A DNA stretch of 64,000 nucleotides, from IMG/VR virus record IMGVR_UViG_3300017917_001914, positions 35,207-99,206 of that record. The stretch is one strand, 5' to 3'. This DNA comes from a virus. The translations under genes were made by a program, and so were the position numbers. Positions within the stretch are counted from its first letter, which is position 1, and the number at the start of each line of letters is the position of its first letter. Below are positions 38,139 to 49,614 of the stretch, one piece after another. The notes beneath the pieces were generated by a model. It did no database searches. It worked only from the letters and a program-made list of their open reading frames with translations, and was not told where the DNA came from.

Positions 38139-39992
38139 ATGGGAAATAGAATTGATACTAGAGTAATTTTAGGTTCTTTACGATATAAATCGGCACCAGA
38201 TACTAATCTGATGTTTAATGTTCCGTTAATTCAAACCGCTCAAATAAATGTTGAGTTTGATAGAAATATTGATATTAGTTTAGAACAAGTATTTGATGAT
38301 GAAAGACAAAAATCTGATATATTTAGACCGACATGTAAGTTTTCATTACTTTTTAATAACTCATATACAGGTAATACAAATTATCAACCATTTGAAAATA
38401 ATTTATATTATGTTAATGAGGCTCAAGCGGCAATAAATAATTGTCCAATTAATTTAAACGTTGCTTGGACAGGGTTACCCCAATATAATGAATTTGATTT
38501 TATTAGAACTGATTATGATGTTCCGGGTTATACTCAACCACCATATAATCATTTAACTTTTGTAAGTAAAAGTGCTTCAACATATAATTGGAATCATTTT
38601 ATAAGTTATCCTTTTGAAAATGATTATCAAAAACAATTACAAGCGGTTACCAAAATACCTTCAATTTCAAACGCGATAACGTTAGATTGGGTGGCATCAG
38701 ATGGTATACCATTTGTTATTGAAAATGATGATACTACAGTTTATAATGGTAGAAACATTATAAAATTTACCTGTCCTATGAAACACGGATTAACTCCGGG
38801 TGAATTTGTTAAATTAAGTTTTGGTTACAACAATGTGGATACATTTGAAGTATATAGTTTAGGTGACGGAAAATATGAGAGTGATTTGTATATCTTTAAC
38901 ATTTTTAATGTTGGGTTTACGGGAACTACATTTACAACAGGTACTGAAGGAACGTTTAGACGAATTATAAATAATGATAACCCAAACGACACTATTTCAA
39001 CATACTATGTTAGAAGACATAAAATATTAACAAATCCTGAAAATGCTATTTTAGTGAATGCAGGATTTGACCAAAATATTTTTGGTGTTAAAAGAAAATA
39101 TGAAAGTAGTGGTTTTACTCCAAACAGAATTGCTAGAGTTTCAATAAAGGAAGGTGCTCAATCTTATACATTATCATTTGATAAAGATGTCAGAATTAAT
39201 GATTTAATTGATAATCAAAAAAGACCATTAACTGAATTATTTTTTACAACAATTTGGAAAGGTTATTTTGGTTATATGTTTGGTAGATTAATAGGGCCGG
39301 GAATGGGATATCAAGGTATGAAGTTTGGATATGATTTTAATTTACCGTTAAATCCTCAAACTAAATTACCAACTGATTGGTGGAGTGAGGCTGAAAATTT
39401 GTCGGACACAAACATTCCTATAGACACATATGTAAATACAACGTTAGGGCCAAATGGATTACCATTAGGTGAGTATAATGGTGCTCCAATAGTTTTCACA
39501 TACAATAGGTCTTTAAAAGAAGGTGATACGTTAGATGGTGATTACTGTGAATGGAATAATTTTGAACAAACAGAAAGAGTTATATCTAATTTATACCATA
39601 AAATAACGTATAATGCTAAAGTATTTAACATTGGACGACCAATTAGTTCGACAGGTTATAGAATGTCATTAACAAATCCGTTTGGTTATTATTATCAACC
39701 TCATAATTCTTTAACAATAAGACAATTCTCTGATTACATTGAGGAGGGTAATAAGAAAAATGTTGTGGATGTACCTAATTATGCGTATTACTCCCCAAGT
39801 AAAGATACTTTTTTATGGAAAGATTTATATAGTTATGGGTTCGTTGACTCTAATGGTATTGGAGTTAATTATCCATTTTTAAATGGGGCTCATTACCCTT
39901 ATGATAATATTATTTTTAGAATAATACCTGAAGGTACTAATTATAATGAACAGATAATAACCGCAGAACCAATAATAGACGATTGTGAGTAA
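38139..39992 (+). CDS. Putative structural (baseplate) protein
   Basis: 617 aa, Asn/Thr/Tyr-rich, tightly coupled within the structural operon. Confidence 0.55.
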   Translation: MGNRIDTRVILGSLRYKSAPDTNLMFNVPLIQTAQINVEFDRNIDISLEQVFDDERQKSDIFRPTCKFSLLFNNSYTGNTNYQPFENNLYYVNEAQAAINNCPINLNVAWTGLPQYNEFDFIRTDYDVPGYTQPPYNHLTFVSKSASTYNWNHFISYPFENDYQKQLQAVTKIPSISNAITLDWVASDGIPFVIENDDTTVYNGRNIIKFTCPMKHGLTPGEFVKLSFGYNNVDTFEVYSLGDGKYESDLYIFNIFNVGFTGTTFTTGTEGTFRRIINNDNPNDTISTYYVRRHKILTNPENAILVNAGFDQNIFGVKRKYESSGFTPNRIARVSIKEGAQSYTLSFDKDVRINDLIDNQKRPLTELFFTTIWKGYFGYMFGRLIGPGMGYQGMKFGYDFNLPLNPQTKLPTDWWSEAENLSDTNIPIDTYVNTTLGPNGLPLGEYNGAPIVFTYNRSLKEGDTLDGDYCEWNNFEQTERVISNLYHKITYNAKVFNIGRPISSTGYRMSLTNPFGYYYQPHNSLTIRQFSDYIEEGNKKNVVDVPNYAYYSPSKDTFLWKDLYSYGFVDSNGIGVNYPFLNGAHYPYDNIIFRIIPEGTNYNEQIITAEPIIDDCE

Positions 39993-40785
39993 TAAATTTA
40001 GATTTGTAATACCTAATGATGAACAGTACATTCTTTTACCGATTGAACTGAAATGGGATATGTACGGACAGGAAGATAGTATTGAACTTTATGAAGAAGA
40101 TGTTATAAAGGACATAATTGGTGTTGCTGAAGATTTTGAATTATTAAGATTTTCACATAAACCATATAATGATGATACAAAAACCGATGTAAAATATGAT
40201 TTTTATTTTTATAGTGGTAATGTTAATAATGTGACAACTGCGACTAGTAATGATTGGGTAAATAGTTACTTACCTGAAGGATTTGATAAAAGTGAAATTT
40301 ATTATTATGAAAAACCTTTTACAAAATCATTTTTCAAATTGGATTTTTACGATACAATGGATGGTAAATCTCAAACTAATTATTTTACAATTATTATACC
40401 GGTTCAACAAGGATTTACAGAATCAGTAACTTTATCCCCATATATTCCGGATGTTTTGATTAAACGACCATCATATAAATTAGATTTTGTTGGTGATAAG
40501 GAAGGGTTTTTCATTTATTGGTTAAAAAATATTAAGTTTTATAACTTAACAACTTTTTATATGAGTGCTAAGTTTTTTGATGGTAAATTGGGGGTTTATG
40601 TTAAAATGATGAAAGTACCTCAATCATCTCCATTGATTCCTAGTGCTTTTGAGTTTGATTCAAAATATTTCTATTACAAAGTTAATTTAGATTATGTTAA
40701 TAAAACTTATGAAATCTTGGATGATTTAAATGTTAGAGCAGGAACGACAAGTTCCATAAAATGGTATGAATATATAAATCCATAA
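39985..40785 (+). CDS. Putative structural protein
   Basis: The GTG start overlaps the upstream stop. FTKSFFKLDFYD motif; operon context. Confidence 0.55.
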   Translation: MSNKFRFVIPNDEQYILLPIELKWDMYGQEDSIELYEEDVIKDIIGVAEDFELLRFSHKPYNDDTKTDVKYDFYFYSGNVNNVTTATSNDWVNSYLPEGFDKSEIYYYEKPFTKSFFKLDFYDTMDGKSQTNYFTIIIPVQQGFTESVTLSPYIPDVLIKRPSYKLDFVGDKEGFFIYWLKNIKFYNLTTFYMSAKFFDGKLGVYVKMMKVPQSSPLIPSAFEFDSKYFYYKVNLDYVNKTYEILDDLNVRAGTTSSIKWYEYINP

Positions 40786-42011
40786 TGAGTGCAAATACGT
40801 ATCGTATAAGAATATCTCCTGAAGTAATTAATGGTGATGTTTTTAAAATTAGTTATATCGGAGACCCATATCTTGAGCAACAGAAGATTCCATTTTGTTG
40901 TGATATCTATACTCGTGAGGTGACCAAATATGTTGATGGGAATGCTTATGTATATTCATCAATGACTCAAATATTAACAGGTGCAACAGGTACAACTGCG
41001 ACTTCTAATATTTCAAAGGCAACACTCAAACCAGGAACATCATTATTAACAGGTTTGACTATCCCAATATTAATTACTGAAAATACGGTTGATGTTGGAT
41101 ATTATTCAGTTTTTGATGGAATGATAGTCCAACAAGAGGTTATGACTAACTTTTTGTTCTCCGCTAATACAACTGACCCATATACTTACAATTTTTATAA
41201 TACTTCGGATATTGAGTTTAAAAAATATTTGGAATTTTCGTCTTATGAAATAGATTGGGGTGATGGTACACCAAAACAAACAGTTACAAATGTTAGTCCT
41301 AATTTTTATTCACATACATATTCACAAGATGGTGAATTTACGATTAGTATGTCAGGTATGAGCCCGTGGGGTTCTAATGTGGTAAAGAAGACGGTTAATA
41401 CTCCATTTACAAATATAACAATATTAGACCCTAAAGGAACAACTTGTTTTACTCCAATGGGTGGTAGTTGGTCGGCAACTCCAATTTGTTATGATTTTAT
41501 TTACAGTGGTGATGCTAGTTGTGATACATATCAAAGTGGTATTAACCCTTATTTAACAGTACCATTAGTTGTTACAGGTTATACCCAATCATCAGTGGCG
41601 GATTTAAGAGTTTATGGTAAAAAAACCGATTTAGATGATGAATATTATAAGATAGGCGTCCAAGTAACGGGTACGACCGGTGTGGTAGGTACATATTGGG
41701 GTGGAAGAGCAAGTGGTAATCAATTATACACTGGGTATACAATTAATGGAGTTGATTACTATGATTATAGTGATGGTACAACACTCTTTGTAGTTAGTGG
41801 TGTAACACCAATAGATACGGTATGTGAACCAATTGTAAAAAATGAGGCATTATTAAATGTAATTGATGAGCCTGAAGTTCAATCCAATGTGTTCATTGAA
41901 CGTGGGAAAGTTTCCGGATTAGAATCAATGGAAAGATTAGGGGAAGTTGATAATTTGGGTGACCTTGAAAAATATGGGTATAAGTTTTTTAATATAATTA
42001 AAATTGATTAA
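40785..42011 (+). CDS. PKD-domain-containing structural protein
   Basis: YEIDWGDGTP...YSHTYSQDGEFTISMS is the PKD signature. TAATG coupling to the upstream gene. Confidence 0.7.
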   Translation: MSANTYRIRISPEVINGDVFKISYIGDPYLEQQKIPFCCDIYTREVTKYVDGNAYVYSSMTQILTGATGTTATSNISKATLKPGTSLLTGLTIPILITENTVDVGYYSVFDGMIVQQEVMTNFLFSANTTDPYTYNFYNTSDIEFKKYLEFSSYEIDWGDGTPKQTVTNVSPNFYSHTYSQDGEFTISMSGMSPWGSNVVKKTVNTPFTNITILDPKGTTCFTPMGGSWSATPICYDFIYSGDASCDTYQSGINPYLTVPLVVTGYTQSSVADLRVYGKKTDLDDEYYKIGVQVTGTTGVVGTYWGGRASGNQLYTGYTINGVDYYDYSDGTTLFVVSGVTPIDTVCEPIVKNEALLNVIDEPEVQSNVFIERGKVSGLESMERLGEVDNLGDLEKYGYKFFNIIKID

Positions 42012-42086
42012 AAATATAAATTTGATATTTATCAATATGAGACAAAAAAACACTAAAAATAATAAATTAATTAAAAAAGAAATATA

Positions 42087-43001
42087 ATGGCGACTGGCAC
42101 CTATGGAACTATAAGACCCGCAGATGTATCACCGGAAGATGTGGACATCATTCTTAATTATACACCATCAAGAGATGAGACAGATAATTTTGTATTAACA
42201 AAGTTAGATGCTGTGTCAATATTAAGACCTTATTTTAATAATCAAGAAACAAGTTCAAGTCCTAACCCTAATGTTGAAATATTAGGCGGATTATACAATT
42301 TAAGACTGCCTGCGGAACAATTTAACCAATTAGGTATCTACACCTTATATATTAGACCTGCGGAGATTAGAACGAGTATTTTGGATTGTGGTGTGTTATC
42401 GTCATTACCTAACGTAAAAGGACTTGTAATAGATTTGAATAATGTACCATCTCAATTTAGAAATAAATTTGTTAATCAAGGTTTAGTTGGTTTTAGAATT
42501 GAATACTTAAACTCTGATGGAACAAAAATACCTAATTTCTTTAGAATTGTTACATCATCATTCTTTTGTGAACCAGTTGTTCAAAATTTAACAAATACAT
42601 CACAAAAAGCGATAAGATATAGATATACTGATAATAATACAAATTTAATCTTTTGTACGGTTTCTCCGTCGTCATCTCCGACAAACAAACCAAACGCAAC
42701 ACCATATATTGGACAGCCAAATCAAAATATTATAATGTCTAATACCTTCTTTAATCCTATTACACTTGATATTGAAATTGCTGACCAAGATTTCTCAACA
42801 TTGGCAATTGCTCTTTATGGTAATCAAACTAAATCTATGGATGATGGTATCTACACTATTTACGATGCGAATAATAACATTTACCAACAATATAACTTAT
42901 ACGAAATTAGAGACCAATTTAATACGTTGTTATACGAAGTTAGACAAAATAGAGGTGATAATATTGATTTTAGTAAAAACTTTACAAACATAACTGAATA
43001 A
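42087..43001 (+). CDS. Putative structural protein
   Basis: 304-aa ORF preceded by TATTTAT (42026-42032) and coupled to the next gene. Confidence 0.55.
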   Translation: MATGTYGTIRPADVSPEDVDIILNYTPSRDETDNFVLTKLDAVSILRPYFNNQETSSSPNPNVEILGGLYNLRLPAEQFNQLGIYTLYIRPAEIRTSILDCGVLSSLPNVKGLVIDLNNVPSQFRNKFVNQGLVGFRIEYLNSDGTKIPNFFRIVTSSFFCEPVVQNLTNTSQKAIRYRYTDNNTNLIFCTVSPSSSPTNKPNATPYIGQPNQNIIMSNTFFNPITLDIEIADQDFSTLAIALYGNQTKSMDDGIYTIYDANNNIYQQYNLYEIRDQFNTLLYEVRQNRGDNIDFSKNFTNITE

Positions 43002-46000
43002 TGGCGTTACAAAAATTTACATGTCCTCCACAAGGCCCATCCGGAGCAAGTTCATTCTCTGATGATTTAGTTGGTTTCCAATTAGTCACGGGGGGTGGTT
43101 TGACGCAAGGTAATTTTGAATTTGCGACTTCTTTTAATGAGAAAACTAATAGAACTTTTAGTACAGGGACATTTTCTGACCCAATTAGTTTAGAAGGTTT
43201 AGGATTAGATAGTACAATTCAATCAAGAACAATTTTTGAGAATAATTTTAAAGTTTATCCAAATTTTGATTTAAGTCAAATTACCAATTTTACCCAATAT
43301 GGTTCTTTAGTTAAAAGGTTATCAACTTCAGTTGAAACAATTATATCTAAATTCCCTGCGGCTCTTGAGGCTACTACTATGGGTGAAAATTATGTTAAAG
43401 GTGAAACTGCTACAAATATAACCTATAATGAGGTTGATAACATAACAAGTTTTGATTTAGATGTTTCTCGTTTAAGAAATCCATTTGCTATTGATTTTAC
43501 TGTGAATTCAACAAGAAATATTCAATTAAAAGAAATTGAGGTATCTCCTCTTAGAGATATGACGGTTGAATATGCTAATTATAGTTTATACTATAATGGT
43601 AATGGATATAATGTAACAGCAATTATTCCTACAACATCTTTAACATCCGGGACTTTAAACATAAGTGTTAGTGGACATCCATTTCCATTTCAGACAGTTA
43701 CTTTTGATGATTTGGTTATTAGACCAAATGATTATGAAGTTAATAGAATTTTTAATGAAGATTTAGATGAGGTTGAAAATTTCTTATTAAATAGAAATAT
43801 AACCCCAAAATATACCGCTAATTTTAATGTGCCAAGAGAAGCTGAAGATGGTAGTTATTTTACTTCACAAGAGTTTGTAACATTCCCATTAAATGGTTCT
43901 TGGAATCTTGATATCGTAACCAATGCTTTTACAAATTATTTAGTTCAGTTAAATGATATTGGTGCATCAATGGATGAGTATAAAACAAACATTATTGCAA
44001 GATTTTTAACAACGGGTGCTTTCCAAGAGTTTGACACAATAGGTCAAAAAATGGAAAAAGTGTTACAGATTTATGGTAGAAGTTTTGACGAGACAAATAA
44101 GTTTATAAGTGCTTTGGCGTTTATGAATTCTGTACATTATAATCCCGGTGATGATATTCCATCTCAATTACTTAAAAATTTATCACAAACATTAGGTTGG
44201 CAAACAAATATGTCACCGGTATCTACTGATGATTTTTTAAGTTCAGTATTTGGTCAAAGAAATACCGACAGGTCTCAATATCCTGGTATATCAGATGCGA
44301 CAACACCTGATGAGTTAAATTATCAATATTATAGAAATTTAATATTAAACTCAGCATATCTTTTCAAATCAAAAGGAACAAGAAAATCAATTGAAACTTT
44401 AATGGCTTTAATTGGTGCACCTGAAGCTTTAATTGAGTTTAATGAGTACATTTATTTAGCAGACCAAAGAATTAATGTTAATCAATTTAATACTCAGTTT
44501 GCTCAAATATCGGGTGGTACATATACTCAAGAATTACCAACACTTGAGGCGGGTAATACGTATAGATTTAGAAATGTAGAGTATACAGGATTTACAACGA
44601 CATCAGTAATTCAAGATGTTAATATAACCAAAGATGAATATCCAATGGATGCGTTTGGTTTCCCTAAAGCACCGGCAAATACCGAAGATTTTTTCTTTGA
44701 AAAAGGTAGTGGATGGTTTGAACAAACACCAAAACACAGAGCCCCTGAAGAAGTAAGTTTTACCAATAGTGTATTTACCGGAGCAAACCCTAACTATCAA
44801 ACAGTTTTGACACCATATAGTTATGGTCAAGAATATTTTGATAGATTTAGACAATTTCCTTTTATGAATTTAGGGTATAATCTAACACAAACTATTGATA
44901 ACAATAAAAGTTGGGTTGATACAGAAGTTGGGGTACGTTCAAATTTAGATGGTGGTTATAATGCTTTATATTATACAACAAATGATGCGTTAGTTCTTAA
45001 CGCCAAAAATACTGATTTATTTTTAAATCCGGCGCAAGGTTTATCATATGATGTGTGGACAATGTCGAGAGAATATAATTTCCCAATACCTAATGAAGGT
45101 TTAAATTATGTTCAACCAACTTATTGCGACCCAAATCCGGTTTCTAATTATCCAATGAGAGGTGGGGTGGATTGGACTGAAATAAATCCACAACCAAAAC
45201 GTAAAACATTCTTTGAGTTTGCCCAAACATTTTGGAAAAACATGATTAATGTTAGAAATAGACAATTTTCGACTGATGGTAAGACAATGGGTTACCCAAC
45301 TCTTCAGTCAATTTATTGGAAATACTTAGACGCTCAAAAATTAGCCGGAGTACCTGATGGTAGTTTCAACTATACTAACATGATTGAATATGTTGATGGT
45401 ATGGGTGATTATTGGGTACGACTTGTTGAGCAAATGATTCCTGCAAGTACTATTTGGAATACGGGTGTTAAATATGAGAATTCAATCTTCCATAGACAAA
45501 AATTTGTTTGGAGAAGACAAGAGGGTTGTCAATTAATTCCGGTGCCGTGTAATCCATGTTCAATGATTAGTAATATCTTTACGTATGATTGTTATGTTCA
45601 ATCAACACAATGTTCTATTTATCCATGGCAAACTAATCCACAATTACAATCATTTAGTGCGGTCTTAGGTTATTTATTGAATAATTATTTAACATCACAA
45701 GGTTATGAATTAAATGATTGTTTACTGAACACATTAAAAAGTACTTGGTATGTTGTTTTAAGTTTAGATGACGTTGAGATTGTTCAATATCAGTTTTTTA
45801 CAGGTATAGGATATCTTAATACAGGTTTGAGTTCACCAACAACAGAACAATGGAACGAGGCGTTAATCCCCGCTTTAAATGGTTTAGATTTATATGGGTT
45901 TGAGTATATTTTAAATGATACGGATGTGGTTATTTACAGTTCAATTTGTTCAGTAAATGACGTTGGAATCAATTTTAAATTGAATGTTGGAATAAATTTT

Positions 46001-46018
46001 GAAATTTTATGTAATTAA
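43001..46018 (+). CDS. Baseplate wedge protein (gp7 / P2 gpI-like domain)
   Basis: IPSQLLKNLSQTLGW...YRNLILNSAYLFKSKGTRKSIETLMALIG, typical of gp7/gpI-like wedge proteins. Confidence 0.75.
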   Translation: MALQKFTCPPQGPSGASSFSDDLVGFQLVTGGGLTQGNFEFATSFNEKTNRTFSTGTFSDPISLEGLGLDSTIQSRTIFENNFKVYPNFDLSQITNFTQYGSLVKRLSTSVETIISKFPAALEATTMGENYVKGETATNITYNEVDNITSFDLDVSRLRNPFAIDFTVNSTRNIQLKEIEVSPLRDMTVEYANYSLYYNGNGYNVTAIIPTTSLTSGTLNISVSGHPFPFQTVTFDDLVIRPNDYEVNRIFNEDLDEVENFLLNRNITPKYTANFNVPREAEDGSYFTSQEFVTFPLNGSWNLDIVTNAFTNYLVQLNDIGASMDEYKTNIIARFLTTGAFQEFDTIGQKMEKVLQIYGRSFDETNKFISALAFMNSVHYNPGDDIPSQLLKNLSQTLGWQTNMSPVSTDDFLSSVFGQRNTDRSQYPGISDATTPDELNYQYYRNLILNSAYLFKSKGTRKSIETLMALIGAPEALIEFNEYIYLADQRINVNQFNTQFAQISGGTYTQELPTLEAGNTYRFRNVEYTGFTTTSVIQDVNITKDEYPMDAFGFPKAPANTEDFFFEKGSGWFEQTPKHRAPEEVSFTNSVFTGANPNYQTVLTPYSYGQEYFDRFRQFPFMNLGYNLTQTIDNNKSWVDTEVGVRSNLDGGYNALYYTTNDALVLNAKNTDLFLNPAQGLSYDVWTMSREYNFPIPNEGLNYVQPTYCDPNPVSNYPMRGGVDWTEINPQPKRKTFFEFAQTFWKNMINVRNRQFSTDGKTMGYPTLQSIYWKYLDAQKLAGVPDGSFNYTNMIEYVDGMGDYWVRLVEQMIPASTIWNTGVKYENSIFHRQKFVWRRQEGCQLIPVPCNPCSMISNIFTYDCYVQSTQCSIYPWQTNPQLQSFSAVLGYLLNNYLTSQGYELNDCLLNTLKSTWYVVLSLDDVEIVQYQFFTGIGYLNTGLSSPTTEQWNEALIPALNGLDLYGFEYILNDTDVVIYSSICSVNDVGINFKLNVGINFEILCN

Positions 46019-48972
46019 TGGCTTGTAGTTTATCTTATATATTAACTAGTTTATCGGGAGATTGTACTAATTCTAATTTAGGAGGATTTAGTATTGATAT
46101 AACAGGAACTGCTCCTGATTATAGTATTCAGTGGGTTAATCCCGCTTTAGGGACTATTGTTTTAGGGGCCGGAGTTACCGGATATACCGCAACTACATTA
46201 TCTGCGGGGACATATTCGTTTAATATTCTTGATTCTTGTTCACCAACAAATACCTCGTTACCGGTAAATATTTATATTTCTAGTGGTACTTGTGCGAGTA
46301 TTACAGGAATTGCAAATACGACGTGTAATGTCGGCAATGGTTCTATAACAGGACAAACATCTAATTTATATGGTATAGGTACGTTTAGTTTATATGAAAC
46401 TACCGAAGGTTTTATTAGTTCAGGGGTATCATTTACTAATACATATTCTTTTACAGATTTATCACCAGGTATTTACTACATTATTGCTGATGATGGTGGT
46501 GGATGTAGTGGACAAAGTGAAACTACAATAATACAACCATCAACTAATATTAATTGGGGTTTTTATACTGTAATGGATTCCGGTTGTGCAAATGTAGATT
46601 CCGGTAAAATATACATAACAGGATTAACAGGGACACCACCATTTACTTATTTATGGTCTAATGGTGAAACAACAGATTTTATTACAGGATTAACCGCTGG
46701 CAGTTATTCGGTACTTGTTACGGATAGTTTGGGATGTACATTATCTAAATCTGCGACAATAACTGAAGTTGACCCATTAGGATTTGGTTCATTTACTGTT
46801 GTCCCACCATCATGTTTTAGTAATAATGGTGAGGTAACCCTTACAATTACAGGTGGTACAGGCCCATATTATTATTCAGCTTCAACTGGGGTGATTAATG
46901 TTTCTTTTAGTTCTTCACAAACATTTTACAATATTGGTGGAGGCCCTTTTTCAGTTCAAGTTACAGACGCTGCTTTATGTAAAATAACACCAACTACTAC
47001 AATAATACCTCCAAATGGTTTTAACATAGTTAGTGTTAATACAACTAATTCAAATTGTGGTGGTAGTGATGGTAAAATAACTATTAATATATCTGACGGT
47101 GCAGTACCATTTACTTACACATTAACTAATTCATTGGGGGATAGTTATGTTCAAACTAATAATTTTAGAAATTGGGTATTTACTAATTTAGAATCGGGAA
47201 CTTATACCCTAACAATTTCTGATAATGGTGGTTGTACTTTTACTAATACATACACTATAAATAATTCGCCTTTATTTGTATTTACGGCTGACACAACCGG
47301 AACAACGTGTAATTTAAACAATGGTTATGTTGAAATAACAGTATCAGGTGGTACTCCACCATATACTTATAATATTGGTAGTGAATCTATTACCACACCA
47401 TTAAGTGCTTATACTTTTGATAATTTATTTTCAGGTGTTTATTCTTTGGAGATAACAGAATCAACCCCAAGGGTGATTTGTAGACAAACATCAAGTTTTA
47501 TTATTGACCCGTCAAATGATGTTGATTTTATGTTATCAGGAACTGATGCCAATAATGGTAATGATGGTACGGTTTCTGCTTATATAACAAACGGGGTGCC
47601 TCCATTTACATTATTATGGAGTGATAACGTAAATGGTCAAACAGGTTATTATTTAAACAATTTAAGTGCTGGAACATATAGTTTACAAGTTACAGATAGT
47701 GATGGGTGTGTTAAAACTAGAGAGGTGACTATAGATGGTTTTGATTCGATATCATCGTATCAAACATTTAATATTTGTGATAGTGAATTTGAAAACATTG
47801 GTGAATTAGTTAAAAAAGGGCCGAAAGAAATGTTAAATGAAGGTTTTTATGATTTAACATCAGAGTTTACTAATTGTATACTTAATCAAGCAATTTTTAA
47901 TATTGTAGTTCAAATTGGAAATGTTACTAATATTTCTCAATTATATATTAGTACGGCTTTAAATGATTACCCAACAGATAATGAATATTTTGATGCTTTA
48001 GTTGCTTTGATTGAAACTTTTGACCAAGTTGCTCAAGTTAATATTGACCCATTAAATAACGGTATTCAAATCATTGCGAAATGTGAAGAACAATATTTGG
48101 TTGCTACCGACGTTAGTGTTAATATGTTTATTGAATATAACATATCGTGTCAATATTGTTCATTACCACCAACAGCGACACCAACCTCGACACCAACAGC
48201 AACACCAACACCGACTTTTGGGCCAACAGCAACTGCTACACCTACACCAACAACTACACCAACAACCACACCAACACCAACAACGACGCCAACTGCAACA
48301 CCAACACCTACTCCAACCCCAACATTACAACAACAATGGTATTTATATAAATCATGTTTATTAGTTAATGAAGAATACCAATATATTTTACAACCTGTTT
48401 TAGCATTAAATAGTTTAATTATTGGTGATGTATTTTTAGATAGTACAGGTGGAAAACCAATTTGTTGGTCATTAGAATCTGTATATAATGGTCAACCTTC
48501 ATTACCATTCTTAAACCCTACAATTTATAACACAAATTATTTTGAAGCGGTTACCAATACAAATTATGGTAGTGTTGATGAAAGAGGTTGTGAATTATGT
48601 GAGATAAGTAAAGATGAGATTGTAGAATCAACAAATAATTTCCTTGTTACTATTATCAAAGAGGAAACGCAAATTTTAGAAATTAATCCACCATTCTATT
48701 CATACAGTAGTAGTTATAGTTTCCCAATAACAGCGTTTGATTCTTTCCAAGGTACTCATGGAGGATTAACTAATCAAATTATTGAAATTACTGTTAGAGC
48801 TTTAGTACCTAATACATCGCAATGTATTTCTTTAATTGTTAATGGTAGTGTATACTTGACACAAACATTACAAGTAACTAATACGGGTCTTTATCTTGTT
48901 CAGTTTTATAATGTAAATGTTTTATCAACCGATACATTACAAATTCAAATATTCCCTGGAGCATGTAATTAA
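46018..48972 (+). CDS. SprB-repeat adhesin-like virion protein with a long Pro-Thr linker
   Basis: Multiple C-x5-G-x-I-x-I-x-GGTPPY-x-Y-x-W...L-x-x-G-x-Y-x-V-x-V-TD-x-x-GC repeats, e.g. GTPPFTYLWSNGETTDFITGLTAGSYSVLVTDSLGC. Confidence 0.85.
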   Translation: MACSLSYILTSLSGDCTNSNLGGFSIDITGTAPDYSIQWVNPALGTIVLGAGVTGYTATTLSAGTYSFNILDSCSPTNTSLPVNIYISSGTCASITGIANTTCNVGNGSITGQTSNLYGIGTFSLYETTEGFISSGVSFTNTYSFTDLSPGIYYIIADDGGGCSGQSETTIIQPSTNINWGFYTVMDSGCANVDSGKIYITGLTGTPPFTYLWSNGETTDFITGLTAGSYSVLVTDSLGCTLSKSATITEVDPLGFGSFTVVPPSCFSNNGEVTLTITGGTGPYYYSASTGVINVSFSSSQTFYNIGGGPFSVQVTDAALCKITPTTTIIPPNGFNIVSVNTTNSNCGGSDGKITINISDGAVPFTYTLTNSLGDSYVQTNNFRNWVFTNLESGTYTLTISDNGGCTFTNTYTINNSPLFVFTADTTGTTCNLNNGYVEITVSGGTPPYTYNIGSESITTPLSAYTFDNLFSGVYSLEITESTPRVICRQTSSFIIDPSNDVDFMLSGTDANNGNDGTVSAYITNGVPPFTLLWSDNVNGQTGYYLNNLSAGTYSLQVTDSDGCVKTREVTIDGFDSISSYQTFNICDSEFENIGELVKKGPKEMLNEGFYDLTSEFTNCILNQAIFNIVVQIGNVTNISQLYISTALNDYPTDNEYFDALVALIETFDQVAQVNIDPLNNGIQIIAKCEEQYLVATDVSVNMFIEYNISCQYCSLPPTATPTSTPTATPTPTFGPTATATPTPTTTPTTTPTPTTTPTATPTPTPTPTLQQQWYLYKSCLLVNEEYQYILQPVLALNSLIIGDVFLDSTGGKPICWSLESVYNGQPSLPFLNPTIYNTNYFEAVTNTNYGSVDERGCELCEISKDEIVESTNNFLVTIIKEETQILEINPPFYSYSSSYSFPITAFDSFQGTHGGLTNQIIEITVRALVPNTSQCISLIVNGSVYLTQTLQVTNTGLYLVQFYNVNVLSTDTLQIQIFPGACN
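48166..48324 (+). repeat. Pro-Thr mucin-like tract (53 aa)
   Basis: [53 protein letters not shown]. Confidence 0.95.
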
Positions 48973-48975
48973 TAT

Positions 48976-49010
48976 AAAAAAACCCCTCCGTTAAGAGGGG
49001 TTATTTTTTT
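48976..49010. terminator. Bidirectional terminator between convergent operons
   Basis: A7-CCCCTC-CGTTAA-GAGGGG-TTA-T7. Confidence 0.85.
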
Positions 49011-49608
49011 ACCATATTTTTTCTTGTTTCATATGACCGATAACACAACAATAAGCGTCTGTTTGGTCAAAGTTTTCTTTTTTTAGGGTATTGTTTCTTG
49101 TATATTGCCAAGTTATTTGAGGTTCTCTTTTGGCGACTAAATCCCATATAATCATTTTCTTATCAACATTTTTATCTAAACCCCCAAATAAAACAAATTT
49201 ACCTTTGTCGTTTGCTTGAACTAATTCCGGGAATGCAAATTTTCTTGAATTGTATGTTGAAATAAATTCAGGTACAACACCTAAAGTATCATATATTTGT
49301 TTTGTGATAAGAGTGTTAAAACGTAACAAAGTTTGAATAGTGTAAACATTATTAGAATTTAATAATGGTTCTTCTATTACTACTTTAGTTATACCTAAAT
49401 CCTTATAATCTAAAAGTTTAGTTTTAAAAATTTCACTTTTAAGTAATAATTCTTTTATCTTATTTTCTTCTTTTGGTTTTGGTACAGGTGATATGTGAGT
49501 TAATTCAAGTAATTCTTGACTTTGTATATCAAATAGTGCCCAACCAATTGTTTTGGTACTAACATCTAATCCCAAAACTTTAGGACTTTCTTTAAGAGTT
49601 TTTTTCAT
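49009..49608 (-). CDS. RuvC-like Holliday junction resolvase
   Basis: VLGLDVSTKTIGWA, VVIEEP and C-terminal FDQTDAY acidic catalytic motifs. Confidence 0.8.
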   Translation of the reverse strand: MKKTLKESPKVLGLDVSTKTIGWALFDIQSQELLELTHISPVPKPKEENKIKELLLKSEIFKTKLLDYKDLGITKVVIEEPLLNSNNVYTIQTLLRFNTLITKQIYDTLGVVPEFISTYNSRKFAFPELVQANDKGKFVLFGGLDKNVDKKMIIWDLVAKREPQITWQYTRNNTLKKENFDQTDAYCCVIGHMKQEKIW

Positions 49609-49614
49609 ATTTTA

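Noticed and set aside
48074-48364. His/Gln-rich and Thr/Asn-rich ORFs (48074..48364, 48147..48350)
   Set aside because: Alternate-frame shadows of the Pro-Thr repeat in 46018..48972.
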